The notes beneath the pieces were generated by a model. That model was given only the letters and a program-made list of their open reading frames with translations. It was not told the origin of the DNA and ran no database searches. The translations under genes were made by a program, and so were the position numbers. Shown here piece by piece: positions 1-8,709 of a stretch of DNA of 40,250 nucleotides. The DNA comes from a virus (Duplodnaviria; Caudoviricetes): positions 1 through 40,250 of the IMG/VR virus record IMGVR_UViG_3300014208_000018, one strand, 5' to 3'. The first letter of the stretch is position 1, and the number at the start of each line of letters is the position of its first letter.

Positions 1-123
1 CTGCCTGTTCTCCTGCCAATTTAAGTGCATTTTGAAATTCTGTTTGTTTCGCGACATCTTGACTATTAGTTATATTCCAATAGTAAGCTATGATCGCTTT
101 ATTGTTGTCATCCAATTGATTAA
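1..123. repeat. Direct terminal repeat, copy 1 (identical to 40128-40250); circular-assembly overlap
   Basis: The first 123 nt match the last 123 nt exactly, and a reading frame runs through the junction. Confidence 0.97.
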
Positions 124-1072
124 AATATGGATTATCTGATAATTCTTTAGGTATATCAACAGTTGGTAAAACAGAACTTCCAGTGTTGATCGGTGTGGTA
201 TCTCCTGTATTTCCATTTGATTCTGGTTGCCCGGGAAGATATGGTGGTGTGTCTCCAGTGGGAATATTTCCAATAATATTTGCTCCTGCCGGCAAATCTT
301 TATATCCAATAGAAGTATCTATCACTCCAGATTTTGACAATGATTCAAGTGTAGGAACATCTGCTATTTTTTTATAACCATCTTTAATTTGATAAAATAA
401 ATCTTTGCCAGATTTAAAAACTTGTTTTGAAATAGGTTGATCACTTCCTTTTTCGCTCCCCATTGTAGATATACCCAAAGCTTTTAATGCTGCATTGTTT
501 CCAGTTGGAATTGTTGATGGATCACGAAATCCTGTGCCATAAAGATTGGCAGGATTTATTTTATATTGTCCATTTGGATCAGAAGCCTTTTTTGAAATAT
601 CATCTATACTGGTGCCTGTAATTATTATTGGATTTTCTCCATTTAAATAAACTGCGGTCATATTTCCTATTGGGTTTTCTTTTGATCCGGCAATATTAAC
701 ATTTCCTTCTCCTGCAGATTTCATCGTAGTGGGATTATATTCAGTTTTTCCAGTTAAAATACTTGCCTTATCTGTTGATGATAATTTATTAAAATCAGGA
801 ATTTGACTTTGAACATAAGCAGTATATTTATTAAACATCGCCTCATTCATATCGTTAAGTTGAGACATTAATGGTTGAATCCAAATTTTTTGTGCATCCA
901 TTGCCGTTTGATCTTTGTAAGTTCCGTGCATAGGAATTATATCAGAAAACCCCAAACTTTTAAGAGTTTGGTCGACAATAGAACCACCGCCGACATGGGC
1001 TATTCCTCCGGTGACATATCTTCCGGCCTTGAATTCTTGAGCTATAAATTCTTGAGGTGTAAGTATCTTCAT
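1..1072 (-). CDS. 5' part of a 555-aa virion/ejection-type protein spanning the circular junction (continues at 40127-39532)
   Basis: Manual translation from ATG at 1072 (MKILTPQEFIAQEFKAGRYVTGG...PKELSDNPYFNQLDDNNKAII) has no stop and is in frame with ORF 39532..40242. The ORF track missed it because it runs off the edge. Function is inferred from position. Confidence 0.85.
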   Translation of the reverse strand, partial: MKILTPQEFIAQEFKAGRYVTGGIAHVGGGSIVDQTLKSLGFSDIIPMHGTYKDQTAMDAQKIWIQPLMSQLNDMNEAMFNKYTAYVQSQIPDFNKLSSTDKASILTGKTEYNPTTMKSAGEGNVNIAGSKENPIGNMTAVYLNGENPIIITGTSIDDISKKASDPNGQYKINPANLYGTGFRDPSTIPTGNNAALKALGISTMGSEKGSDQPISKQVFKSGKDLFYQIKDGYKKIADVPTLESLSKSGVIDTSIGYKDLPAGANIIGNIPTGDTPPYLPGQPESNGNTGDTTPINTGSSVLPTVDIPKELSDNPYFNQLDDNNKAIIAYYWNITNSQDVAKQTEFQNALKLAGEQA

Positions 1073-1075
1073 AAT

Positions 1076-1390
1076 CTATTTATTATTTAAATTATTTATA
1101 GTCATTAATTTTATAATGGCTTCATGGTCGGTATCGAGTTTTATCTGTAAATCTTTTTCTCCTTCTTTTAATTCTCTTATTTCTTCAATGGCTGTCTGAA
1201 TATGCGCCTCGTGATTTTGCTTTATTAAAGCCACGTCCATTTGAATTTTAAAAAAACAACCAATTACCGGACACATAAAAACTATAATCGCTATTAAAAG
1301 CTGAATCTTCCCAATCATTATGTGTTCTACTGTTCTTTCAATAATCGCTTCTTTATTTTCTAAATTTTCTTTTTCAGTTTTTTTAAACAT
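1076..1390 (-). CDS. Small membrane protein (one hydrophobic segment plus coiled coil), possibly holin/lysis accessory
   Basis: IQLLIAIIVFMCPVIGCFF hydrophobic stretch followed by a heptad-like tail; follows the tail fibre cluster. Confidence 0.5.
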   Translation of the reverse strand: MFKKTEKENLENKEAIIERTVEHIMIGKIQLLIAIIVFMCPVIGCFFKIQMDVALIKQNHEAHIQTAIEEIRELKEGEKDLQIKLDTDHEAIIKLMTINNLNNK

Positions 1391-1400
1391 AAAATATTAT

Positions 1401-1682
1401 TTAAACAGGTATCTCTTTTGGTTCTTCTTTCACGGAACTCACTTCTTTAATTCCCAATTCTTCCGCTTTGGCGATTAATTCTTCCACTTTTTCCAATTCT
1501 GCTTTTCTTGTGGTAATTCTTGATTCAAGTTCTTTCTGTTCTCTCTCCAATTGGTCAATAATACAAATTTTCTTCTCGTAAAGACTTTTAAGAGAATAAA
1601 CTTTTTCTTGAGTAACCGAAATCTGTTCGGTTTCTTTAAATTCTGTTTCACTAACTTTTTTATACGTGTTTTTGTTTGTCAT
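1401..1682 (-). CDS. Small coiled-coil protein, paralog of 1698..1928; possible fibre chaperone
   Basis: YKKVSETEFKE...KVYSLKSL...AKAEELGI aligns with YTKINDTEFKE...KVYTIKSL...LKAKELGI. Confidence 0.6.
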   Translation of the reverse strand: MTNKNTYKKVSETEFKETEQISVTQEKVYSLKSLYEKKICIIDQLEREQKELESRITTRKAELEKVEELIAKAEELGIKEVSSVKEEPKEIPV

Positions 1683-1697
1683 AAATTTTATTTTAAA

Positions 1698-1928
1698 TTA
1701 ATTAATACCAAGTTCTTTTGCTTTTAAAAGCAATTTATTAATCCTTTCTAATTGCATTTCATTATTACTAATAATTGAATCTAAAATTTTCCTTTGATTT
1801 TCAGTATCTTCTATAAGATAAAGTTTCTGTTTTAAAAGACTTTTAATAGTATAAACTTTTTGATTATTAGTTGTTTCTGATATTTCTTCTTTAAACTCCG
1901 TATCGTTAATTTTTGTGTAAATTTCCAT
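1698..1928 (-). CDS. Small coiled-coil protein, paralog of 1401..1682
   Basis: Same motifs as its neighbour; directly downstream of the tail fibre gene. Confidence 0.6.
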   Translation of the reverse strand: MEIYTKINDTEFKEEISETTNNQKVYTIKSLLKQKLYLIEDTENQRKILDSIISNNEMQLERINKLLLKAKELGIN

Positions 1929-1947
1929 ATTTTAAAAATTATTATAA

Positions 1948-4900
1948 TTAATCTGAAGTTAAAAAGACAAAATTCAATAATAAATACGAACCAGCGTCTA
2001 AAATTGTTGTCCAATCAAGGGCTGTAGTGCTACCTACTGCTGTGATAACTAAACAAATATTCCCAGCACTGACATAAGTTTCAATTCTAAAAGGTAAAGC
2101 AGCAGTATTTAATTTTTCTATTTGAACAGAATGACTTAAAATTGTTAGAATAGTCGGCGTAATAGAAAAAGTAATTACTAAACCATTACTAGATAAAGAC
2201 CAAGAACCACTTGTTGCACTTTTTGCTAAATTAGTAGCATTACTATTAGTGCAATTAAAGGTTCCAAATGTTATGGTCATATCGCCTATGTTTATATTAG
2301 TTCCGGGTGTCGCACCGGGTTGAATTTGAACAGCCATAGCTCGTAAAACATTTCTGCCAGTGGCATAACCTTCTAAAACATATTGAGAGGTATTTGCTTT
2401 TATATCAGAAGTTGAAGTTATCGCACCGCAAGCGAGAGTCGTTATTCCTGATACAGCACCAGCGAAAACTGCCGACTTATCTGCTGCCAAAACTAATGCC
2501 TCAAATGAAGCACCTGCTGCTGTCATTAATTCTACTGTCATTTTAGTTGGAATAAAAGTTGCCCCAGCTGCACCATTTTGGGTAAATTTTATTTCACCAC
2601 CATAATCAAAACTATCTGCGTCTGAACCTACTCCATAAAAATCTAAAATTCCTAAAATTTCCGTATCTACTGTTGCTGTATATCCAACTGTATCTTGATG
2701 TGATTTGATACATCTAAATTTTGAAGTAGAAGCAGAGTTATCATTATAAGTTTCTGAAATTATTGCTCTGCCAGTATTTAAACCTCTTGCTGTTAAATCT
2801 CCAAGAGTTGTTATCGCACCACAATTAAGAGTATTTGAAATTGTCGTTGCGGCATTTATAACCAAAGTTTGATTTGCTGGTGTGGCATTAAAAGTTCCGT
2901 ATAATAAAGCACCTGCTTTTTCTAATGCTAAACTTCCTCTATCTATGGCATCAAGATAAAAAACATTTCCAGCAGTTTCGTGCGAGCCAGCCATATAACC
3001 GAGAAATAAAGCATTTGAATTCTCGCATAAATAACCAGCCATATAACCGAATCCTGTCAAATAACTTCCGTGAATATTTTCTTGAAGAGAACTTACTCCG
3101 CCGGAAGTATTATAACTTCCATCAATATTATAATATTGAGAACTGCAACCTGAGGCAACATTTCTTCCTCCGACAGTATTTGAATAAAGAGAACCTCCTC
3201 CAAAAGCGGAATTTAAAATTCCTTCTGTATTTGAATAAAGGGAAAACAAACCATAAGCATCGCAATTTTGTCCGATTGTATTATTGTGTAAAGAACCATA
3301 TCCCATCGCAGTCAATCCATAACCAACTGTATTGTGAGTTCCTGATGCTACACCTATATAAATATTTTGATTACTAATATCTATAACGGCTTGTCCGTCA
3401 ATATAAATTTTTCCAGCAGTGTCATTTTGTAAATTATTCGCCACTCCGCCAGTTAAACTTGCATCCGCCGTATTATCGGTATAAGTCGTAACTGAATTAT
3501 TATTTATTGTTGTTAAAAGATAATAATTAGTTCCTCCTGCTTTTGTCCGATAAATCTTTCGTTGTAAAACTGCTCCTGAAGTGCTGACTGGTATTCCACT
3601 TAAAGCAACTTGTTTATGCGTTCCGTCAACTGTAACCACATTTGAAATAGAACTTAAACTTGTTTCTCCTGCCGCAGTTACAAAAGTGACTTTATAACTA
3701 TGGTCGCCGTTATCTACATTTCCAGTCCCAGTCGCTATTAAAGTAGCCGTGCAAGCAGTCGGTGCGGTAACCGAAGTAAATTTTATAGAACCGCCTTCTT
3801 TAAAAAGAACATTAGAGCCGAAATCAAAAGTTAAAGCATCTGAAATATTAGAGTAAAGTTTCATTCCTGCTGCAACTGTATATTGTAAATAACTTGTCGT
3901 TGCTCCGACATAAATTTGATCTGATATAAATTTGGCTAATTGAGTTCCTGCGGTGTTATAAATAAATAATCCTTTCTCGCCCGTGTCAGTTCCAAGACGA
4001 ACGATTATATTCGCAGACCCGTCTTTTATCAAATAATTGGCGTCATTTTGGACAATCCAATCGCCGGAGGTAAATTCGCCAGCTCCGTCTATGCTTAATG
4101 AATTTCCAGTTCTTGCCCAAAAACCGTAATTGGAAGCACCCCAGTTTCCAGAACCATCGTGTTTTGGCAAACCATTAAGATAACCCATTACCACTTTTTC
4201 TTCTACGGCATCAAAAACAGAAATACGAAGATTAGCCTGATCTAAAACAATTCTTACTCCCGAAGTGGCTGATTGTAAAAGATTGGTGCTTAAATTCCAA
4301 CCACCGACAGTTCCCGAAACTGCAGTTAATACTCCAGCGCCAGAAACAGTAAAAAGATTATTTCCTATTCCTATGCCGTCAGAACCAAGATGAACACCAG
4401 CGTTAGCATCATTATAAGCCGTCTTTGTGCCAGTATATAAATAAGTTCCGATTGTGAATGAACCGATTGTGCCAGAAGTGGCAGTGATAGACCCTGTAAT
4501 TGTCGCAGAATCAGCAATTAATGCTCCTGCCATACTAACACTAAAATGTGCTGAAGCAAAAATTGCGTGTCCTAAATAAATACCATTAGCATCTGCTTTA
4601 AAAATAGAATTACCAGAACCAATAGCGATTGTCGTCCCAATGATTGAACCGCCCAGAATCGCCGGAGTTGTAAAAGTGCCGCCGGTATAATCAAACGTAC
4701 CAGTAGCAATTGAAAATTTAATTTTAGTGACATCTGCCGCGCCACCAAAATATAATCCTTCCGCTCCTTGATAATATCCAGAATGAACAGAATCTGTCCA
4801 GCTGGTCTTTCCAAATTTAAAAGTACCACCAATTAAAGTTATATCTTTAAATTGAGAACTTCCATCTGCATTTATCGTCCATCCGGATACACCGGGTACA

Positions 4901-5097
4901 TAATTTGCAGATTTATAAAATCCTGATGTAAGGGTAACATTTCCCGTAGAATTTCCAGAAGTTACCAATGCGACATTTACAGAATTACTTATTTTTGATT
5001 CTACTGTATTTGTCTCTTCGTAGAATGAATCTGTTTTAATGAAATTTTTATCATACCCTAGATCATATAAATTATAATTTTTTATATCAACCGACAT
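1948..5097 (-). CDS. Tail fibre / receptor-binding protein (1049 aa)
   Basis: Gly/Thr/Ser-rich beta repeats, SANYVPGVSGWTINADG fibre-type motif, an Ig/Fn3-like block (RKIYRTKAGGTNYYLLTTI) and G-x-x-SL-x-x-NT-x-G-x-x-N repeats; follows the nozzle gene. Confidence 0.8.
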   Translation of the reverse strand: MSVDIKNYNLYDLGYDKNFIKTDSFYEETNTVESKISNSVNVALVTSGNSTGNVTLTSGFYKSANYVPGVSGWTINADGSSQFKDITLIGGTFKFGKTSWTDSVHSGYYQGAEGLYFGGAADVTKIKFSIATGTFDYTGGTFTTPAILGGSIIGTTIAIGSGNSIFKADANGIYLGHAIFASAHFSVSMAGALIADSATITGSITATSGTIGSFTIGTYLYTGTKTAYNDANAGVHLGSDGIGIGNNLFTVSGAGVLTAVSGTVGGWNLSTNLLQSATSGVRIVLDQANLRISVFDAVEEKVVMGYLNGLPKHDGSGNWGASNYGFWARTGNSLSIDGAGEFTSGDWIVQNDANYLIKDGSANIIVRLGTDTGEKGLFIYNTAGTQLAKFISDQIYVGATTSYLQYTVAAGMKLYSNISDALTFDFGSNVLFKEGGSIKFTSVTAPTACTATLIATGTGNVDNGDHSYKVTFVTAAGETSLSSISNVVTVDGTHKQVALSGIPVSTSGAVLQRKIYRTKAGGTNYYLLTTINNNSVTTYTDNTADASLTGGVANNLQNDTAGKIYIDGQAVIDISNQNIYIGVASGTHNTVGYGLTAMGYGSLHNNTIGQNCDAYGLFSLYSNTEGILNSAFGGGSLYSNTVGGRNVASGCSSQYYNIDGSYNTSGGVSSLQENIHGSYLTGFGYMAGYLCENSNALFLGYMAGSHETAGNVFYLDAIDRGSLALEKAGALLYGTFNATPANQTLVINAATTISNTLNCGAITTLGDLTARGLNTGRAIISETYNDNSASTSKFRCIKSHQDTVGYTATVDTEILGILDFYGVGSDADSFDYGGEIKFTQNGAAGATFIPTKMTVELMTAAGASFEALVLAADKSAVFAGAVSGITTLACGAITSTSDIKANTSQYVLEGYATGRNVLRAMAVQIQPGATPGTNINIGDMTITFGTFNCTNSNATNLAKSATSGSWSLSSNGLVITFSITPTILTILSHSVQIEKLNTAALPFRIETYVSAGNICLVITAVGSTTALDWTTILDAGSYLLLNFVFLTSD

Positions 5098-6520
5098 AAT
5101 TTAATGTTACGTTAACCTCTGGAAAATCTATACCGATTATCTCGACTGATTTTCCTTGACCTTGTATTCTAAATTCAAAATATCTTCCACTAATACTTCC
5201 AATAATTTCTTCAACATCATTATTAACTTTACTTTTATTTCCCAATGGTCTAAATTCTCCTTTCTCATCAATTCTGCATGTAAATATTCCGTTACGAACA
5301 TTTTTTGTATAAATTACGTATTTTGATAATTCTTTTTTTCTTCCGCGCGTACCAAATTCTTGAGATTGATATTGAATTAACCAATTAATAGGAGATCCAT
5401 CGTCATCATCTCCTTCAAATATTTTCCAAATATTTCCATCATCATCTCCGGCCATTATTAATTCATCTCCATCTGAATCAATGTATTGGTGCCATAATTT
5501 AAATTCTTTAGGAAAACTTAAAAGTGACCAATTTTGACTTTCTATATTATAAATAATAACGCAATTTGTAAGATCTAAATCATCAATAGAAATATCTCCT
5601 ATTGAATAAATAATTTGTTCTCCTGTTCCCCATCCGGAAATTTTAGAATAATAACTTGCCGGAATGGCATCAATAATTTTTTGGATTCTTCTTGATATTT
5701 TTCTAGGATATCCTCCAGTCGTTTCGTATATTCCTCTTTTATTAAAATAATAACAACATTGCCGAGTCATAATAACTGATTCTTGAGTCGGTGTTCCGAT
5801 AGTAATTAAATCATCCGGATATGTTGACGATCCATCCCATCTTTTAAGAGAACGTTCTTTAAAAATCAGAAAGTATCCCGGCACTTTTGCCAAAGCACTG
5901 ATTGCACCAGCTCCTTCTTCCGGTTCAATATCTATATAACCATTTCCCGATGTCCAAGATATTGTTACGCCATTTTGAATTGAAGAAAAATATAATCTAT
6001 CTGGATATACAGGATCCCCTGCGGCAAATAATCTATCTTGCCATTCGCGGATCATCGTAACTGCCGGCATATTTCCAACATCTAAATTTCCTCCAGTAAT
6101 TACCCAATTCGTTCCATCATCAGTACTCATTGATTCTGCACCATTTACTGCGATCGTAGTATCGAGAAATGTTTCAAATCTAACTTTTAAATCTTTAGTA
6201 ATATCATTCTTCGCTAATGACCATGTCGCGCCGCTTAATGCATAAATATCAGCATTAATATCAGATGAATCATTAAAAATTGCGATTGGAACTTTAAGTC
6301 CGGCTGTAGTTATGTGTTGATAAAGACCAATACATGATTTTCCACTAACAATTTGATTTCCCAATTGTGTTGTTCCTGGCCTAAGTACGGCCCGGCCAAG
6401 TATTTCATCAAAAAGAAAATTAACTCCCAAATATACCGAATTAACCGGCAAAATACTTGTATCTACGAATTGAATTATTCCTTCCGAACAATCTCTTATT
6501 TTTTGGTCTGATAATTTCAT
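5087..6520 (-). CDS. Podovirus tail nozzle / DNA stabilisation protein (P22 gp10-like, beta-propeller)
   Basis: WQDRLFAAGD...DRLYFS...GAISAL...LIFKERS pattern and C-terminal GRYFEFRI; size and position fit. Confidence 0.7.
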   Translation of the reverse strand: MKLSDQKIRDCSEGIIQFVDTSILPVNSVYLGVNFLFDEILGRAVLRPGTTQLGNQIVSGKSCIGLYQHITTAGLKVPIAIFNDSSDINADIYALSGATWSLAKNDITKDLKVRFETFLDTTIAVNGAESMSTDDGTNWVITGGNLDVGNMPAVTMIREWQDRLFAAGDPVYPDRLYFSSIQNGVTISWTSGNGYIDIEPEEGAGAISALAKVPGYFLIFKERSLKRWDGSSTYPDDLITIGTPTQESVIMTRQCCYYFNKRGIYETTGGYPRKISRRIQKIIDAIPASYYSKISGWGTGEQIIYSIGDISIDDLDLTNCVIIYNIESQNWSLLSFPKEFKLWHQYIDSDGDELIMAGDDDGNIWKIFEGDDDDGSPINWLIQYQSQEFGTRGRKKELSKYVIYTKNVRNGIFTCRIDEKGEFRPLGNKSKVNNDVEEIIGSISGRYFEFRIQGQGKSVEIIGIDFPEVNVTLNYVG

Positions 6521-6525
6521 TTATT

Positions 6526-7893
6526 TTAAAATTTAATTTGATTCAATAATGGACGAGTTTTATATTTCTGGCCGTGAGTTCTAAGTTCAATGCTTATGGC
6601 ATCATTTAAAATAGTATTAAATAATCCATAATCAGCATCATTTGGATCGCGCATTCCATCATTTTTAAGTTGTCCCCTAATTGCCCAAGTTAACCAATAT
6701 TTAACCATGTCATATCTGGATAAATCTAAAGTATCATTATCACTGTCAACGCTTGGCGCTTCTTTCCAATAATCCATCCATCCATTTTTATAAATATAAG
6801 ACGCGGAACAAAGTGGCCAAAATCTGATATAACCATCATAAACTGTAAAAATATCAGGATTTCCCTCTTCGTAATCTCCTTGCCATACATCGTCCCCGGC
6901 GGTCAAAGTAGCTGTAATAGCCCCGTCACCACTCGCTGGGATTCCCGTAATTGCCCCTGTGGTCCGATCAATGGCCGTATAGGTGATAACTTGGCCTTTA
7001 ATCATTACATCCCCTGAATCTGGAAAATCATGAGGATCATCCACTGTGATTGTTATATCTCCGGCAATCGCCCCAGAACTTAGAAGTGCATGATTAACTC
7101 CTTCCAAATATTCTTCAAATTCTGTTTTATCTTTATAAGTTAAATTTTTACCGCTACCTATTCTGAATCCAAGTACTGATTTATAAGAATATTGCCATGC
7201 ATCAGAAGGCATCGCAAATTTATTTATTCCGCGACTTGTAGCTCCCAAACTATAATCAAATTCTTGAAGATTATGCCATTTTTTTAATTTACCTCGCGCG
7301 AATTGCAAACAATTATTTATTTCTTCTATACAAAAATCTTTAGTTACATTCTCAGTGAATTCAGTTTTATTTCTTTTTAAAGCATAATCTATGGCCGCTC
7401 CGACCGTATTATCTCCATATCCGTTATAAGGAATCGGATCTGAATAATCAGAATAACTTCCTGCTCCAATAGTATTTTTTAATCTTGTAAAATAATATCC
7501 CGATGAATATGTACTATCGTCATATTGAGTATTAATTTCATCTGCTTGAATATTAATGGTATCAAGAACTGTTTTTGTGCCGGCGATTGTTACTGCATGA
7601 CTAAATTCAACCTGATCATATTTTATTATATAAACAGGTGTTCCTTGAACATGGTCAAAGACACAGTTAGAAGCTAAAAATACCGAAAGACTGCTCGGCG
7701 GTGTAGTCGCGTGAGTTTTTATTACTTCTGATTTTTCGTCTCCCGGTTCTCCAATAAATAAAATTAAATTTACTGCGAATCCGATTATACTTTCAACAGG
7801 TAATGTTGAATCTCCAGCCGACACATCACTGGTTAAAAATGTAAGTTTTTTATCTTTTATTAATTCTAAATTATTTAGAAAAATTGTTTTCAT
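6526..7893 (-). CDS. Head-to-tail adaptor with inserted beta domains
   Basis: Helical adaptor-like segments (EEINNCLQF; YIRFWP...DNDTLDL...VKYWLTW) plus two similar inserts (LTSDVSAGDSTLPVE / LSSGAIAGDITITVD); upstream of the nozzle gene. Confidence 0.6.
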   Translation of the reverse strand: MKTIFLNNLELIKDKKLTFLTSDVSAGDSTLPVESIIGFAVNLILFIGEPGDEKSEVIKTHATTPPSSLSVFLASNCVFDHVQGTPVYIIKYDQVEFSHAVTIAGTKTVLDTINIQADEINTQYDDSTYSSGYYFTRLKNTIGAGSYSDYSDPIPYNGYGDNTVGAAIDYALKRNKTEFTENVTKDFCIEEINNCLQFARGKLKKWHNLQEFDYSLGATSRGINKFAMPSDAWQYSYKSVLGFRIGSGKNLTYKDKTEFEEYLEGVNHALLSSGAIAGDITITVDDPHDFPDSGDVMIKGQVITYTAIDRTTGAITGIPASGDGAITATLTAGDDVWQGDYEEGNPDIFTVYDGYIRFWPLCSASYIYKNGWMDYWKEAPSVDSDNDTLDLSRYDMVKYWLTWAIRGQLKNDGMRDPNDADYGLFNTILNDAISIELRTHGQKYKTRPLLNQIKF

Positions 7894-7916
7894 ATTTAAT
7901 TTTAATCTTTAAATTT

Positions 7917-8339
7917 TTAGTACATTACTGTAGATTTGATTGTGAAGTTTCCGGTCGGGGCCGCTCCGTCAGTTATAACTAATTCAGCTTTAAAAAATGC
8001 AATTGCTCCCAATGTTTCTTTATCAAGAAATAAAATATCCGTACCTGCAGAGGCACGAACTTTTGATGAAATTCTTGTTTTGTTTTGAGCATTAGTATTG
8101 GCAACATTATCTATCAACATATTATATTGATAAAAATTTGTGCCATCATTTGAAACGTAAATCTTTAGTTCTCCCGAGCGATTATTAACTGTTCCACCCT
8201 CGGTTAAACTTAACATAATTGACTTTGCTCCTGCGCAAAGTTCAGCTTTAGCGTCTGCTACGGCGACGCTGGCCGTTATAGCATCGTGAATAGTTTGTTT
8301 ATAAACAATACCTTCTGTGTAAGAATAATGTTGACTCAT
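7917..8339 (-). CDS. Putative small virion protein (beta-rich)
   Basis: Lies in the structural module; LKIYVSNDGTNF beta-sandwich-like motif. Confidence 0.45.
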   Translation of the reverse strand: MSQHYSYTEGIVYKQTIHDAITASVAVADAKAELCAGAKSIMLSLTEGGTVNNRSGELKIYVSNDGTNFYQYNMLIDNVANTNAQNKTRISSKVRASAGTDILFLDKETLGAIAFFKAELVITDGAAPTGNFTIKSTVMY

Positions 8340-8373
8340 ATGATTATAATTTTAATTGTTAATTTTTTTAATT

Positions 8374-8574
8374 TTAGGAATACCAAGTTTTAACATTGAC
8401 TTTTTTTGGCAAAATTTTCCTTGGCGTTGAAGCAAATTCTTCGAGTTGTTTTTTAGTCATTGATTCAGCCATTTGTTTTGATGCTCCGAGTAATTTTCTT
8501 TTTGGAATTTTACCTTTTTTTGCCGCCAAGGCTATTGCCATTGCTTCTTGCTGTGCTTTTGATTTTGCCGGCAT
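8374..8574 (-). CDS. DUF3008-family small basic protein
   Basis: MPAKSKAQQ...A-x-A-x-K-G...L-x-GASK-x-M-x-ESM-x-x-KQLEEFAST matches the DUF3008 pattern as recalled. Confidence 0.8.
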   Translation of the reverse strand: MPAKSKAQQEAMAIALAAKKGKIPKRKLLGASKQMAESMTKKQLEEFASTPRKILPKKVNVKTWYS

Positions 8575-8618
8575 AAATTTTAATTTTTATTATTTTTTCT
8601 TTAACTAAGATTCTTAAG

Positions 8619-8697
8619 ATCCTGTTGCCCGGGCTTTGACTTTAAAAATCAAAGCCCGGAGTCAAAGGATTTGAATCTAACCTTTATCATTAGATTC
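8619..8697 (-). promoter_or_regulatory. Two intergenic hairpins (processing, stability or termination element)
   Basis: CCGGGCTTTGA/TCAAAGCCCGG 11-bp stem (8629-8659), extended by ATCCT/AGGAT; second stem GAATCTAA/TTAGATTC (8673-8697). No clean U-tract follows. Confidence 0.6.
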
Positions 8698-8709
8698 TAT
8701 TTTAAACTA

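Noticed and set aside
1-123. Biological terminal repeat of the packaged genome
   Set aside because: It falls in the middle of a gene and has the length of an assembler overlap, so it indicates circularity, not physical ends.
88-309. Short minus-strand ORFs nested in other genes (88..309, 1832..2014, 4572..4832, 12580..12822, 13154..13405, 36619..36825)
   Set aside because: They are out-of-frame overlaps of better-supported genes.
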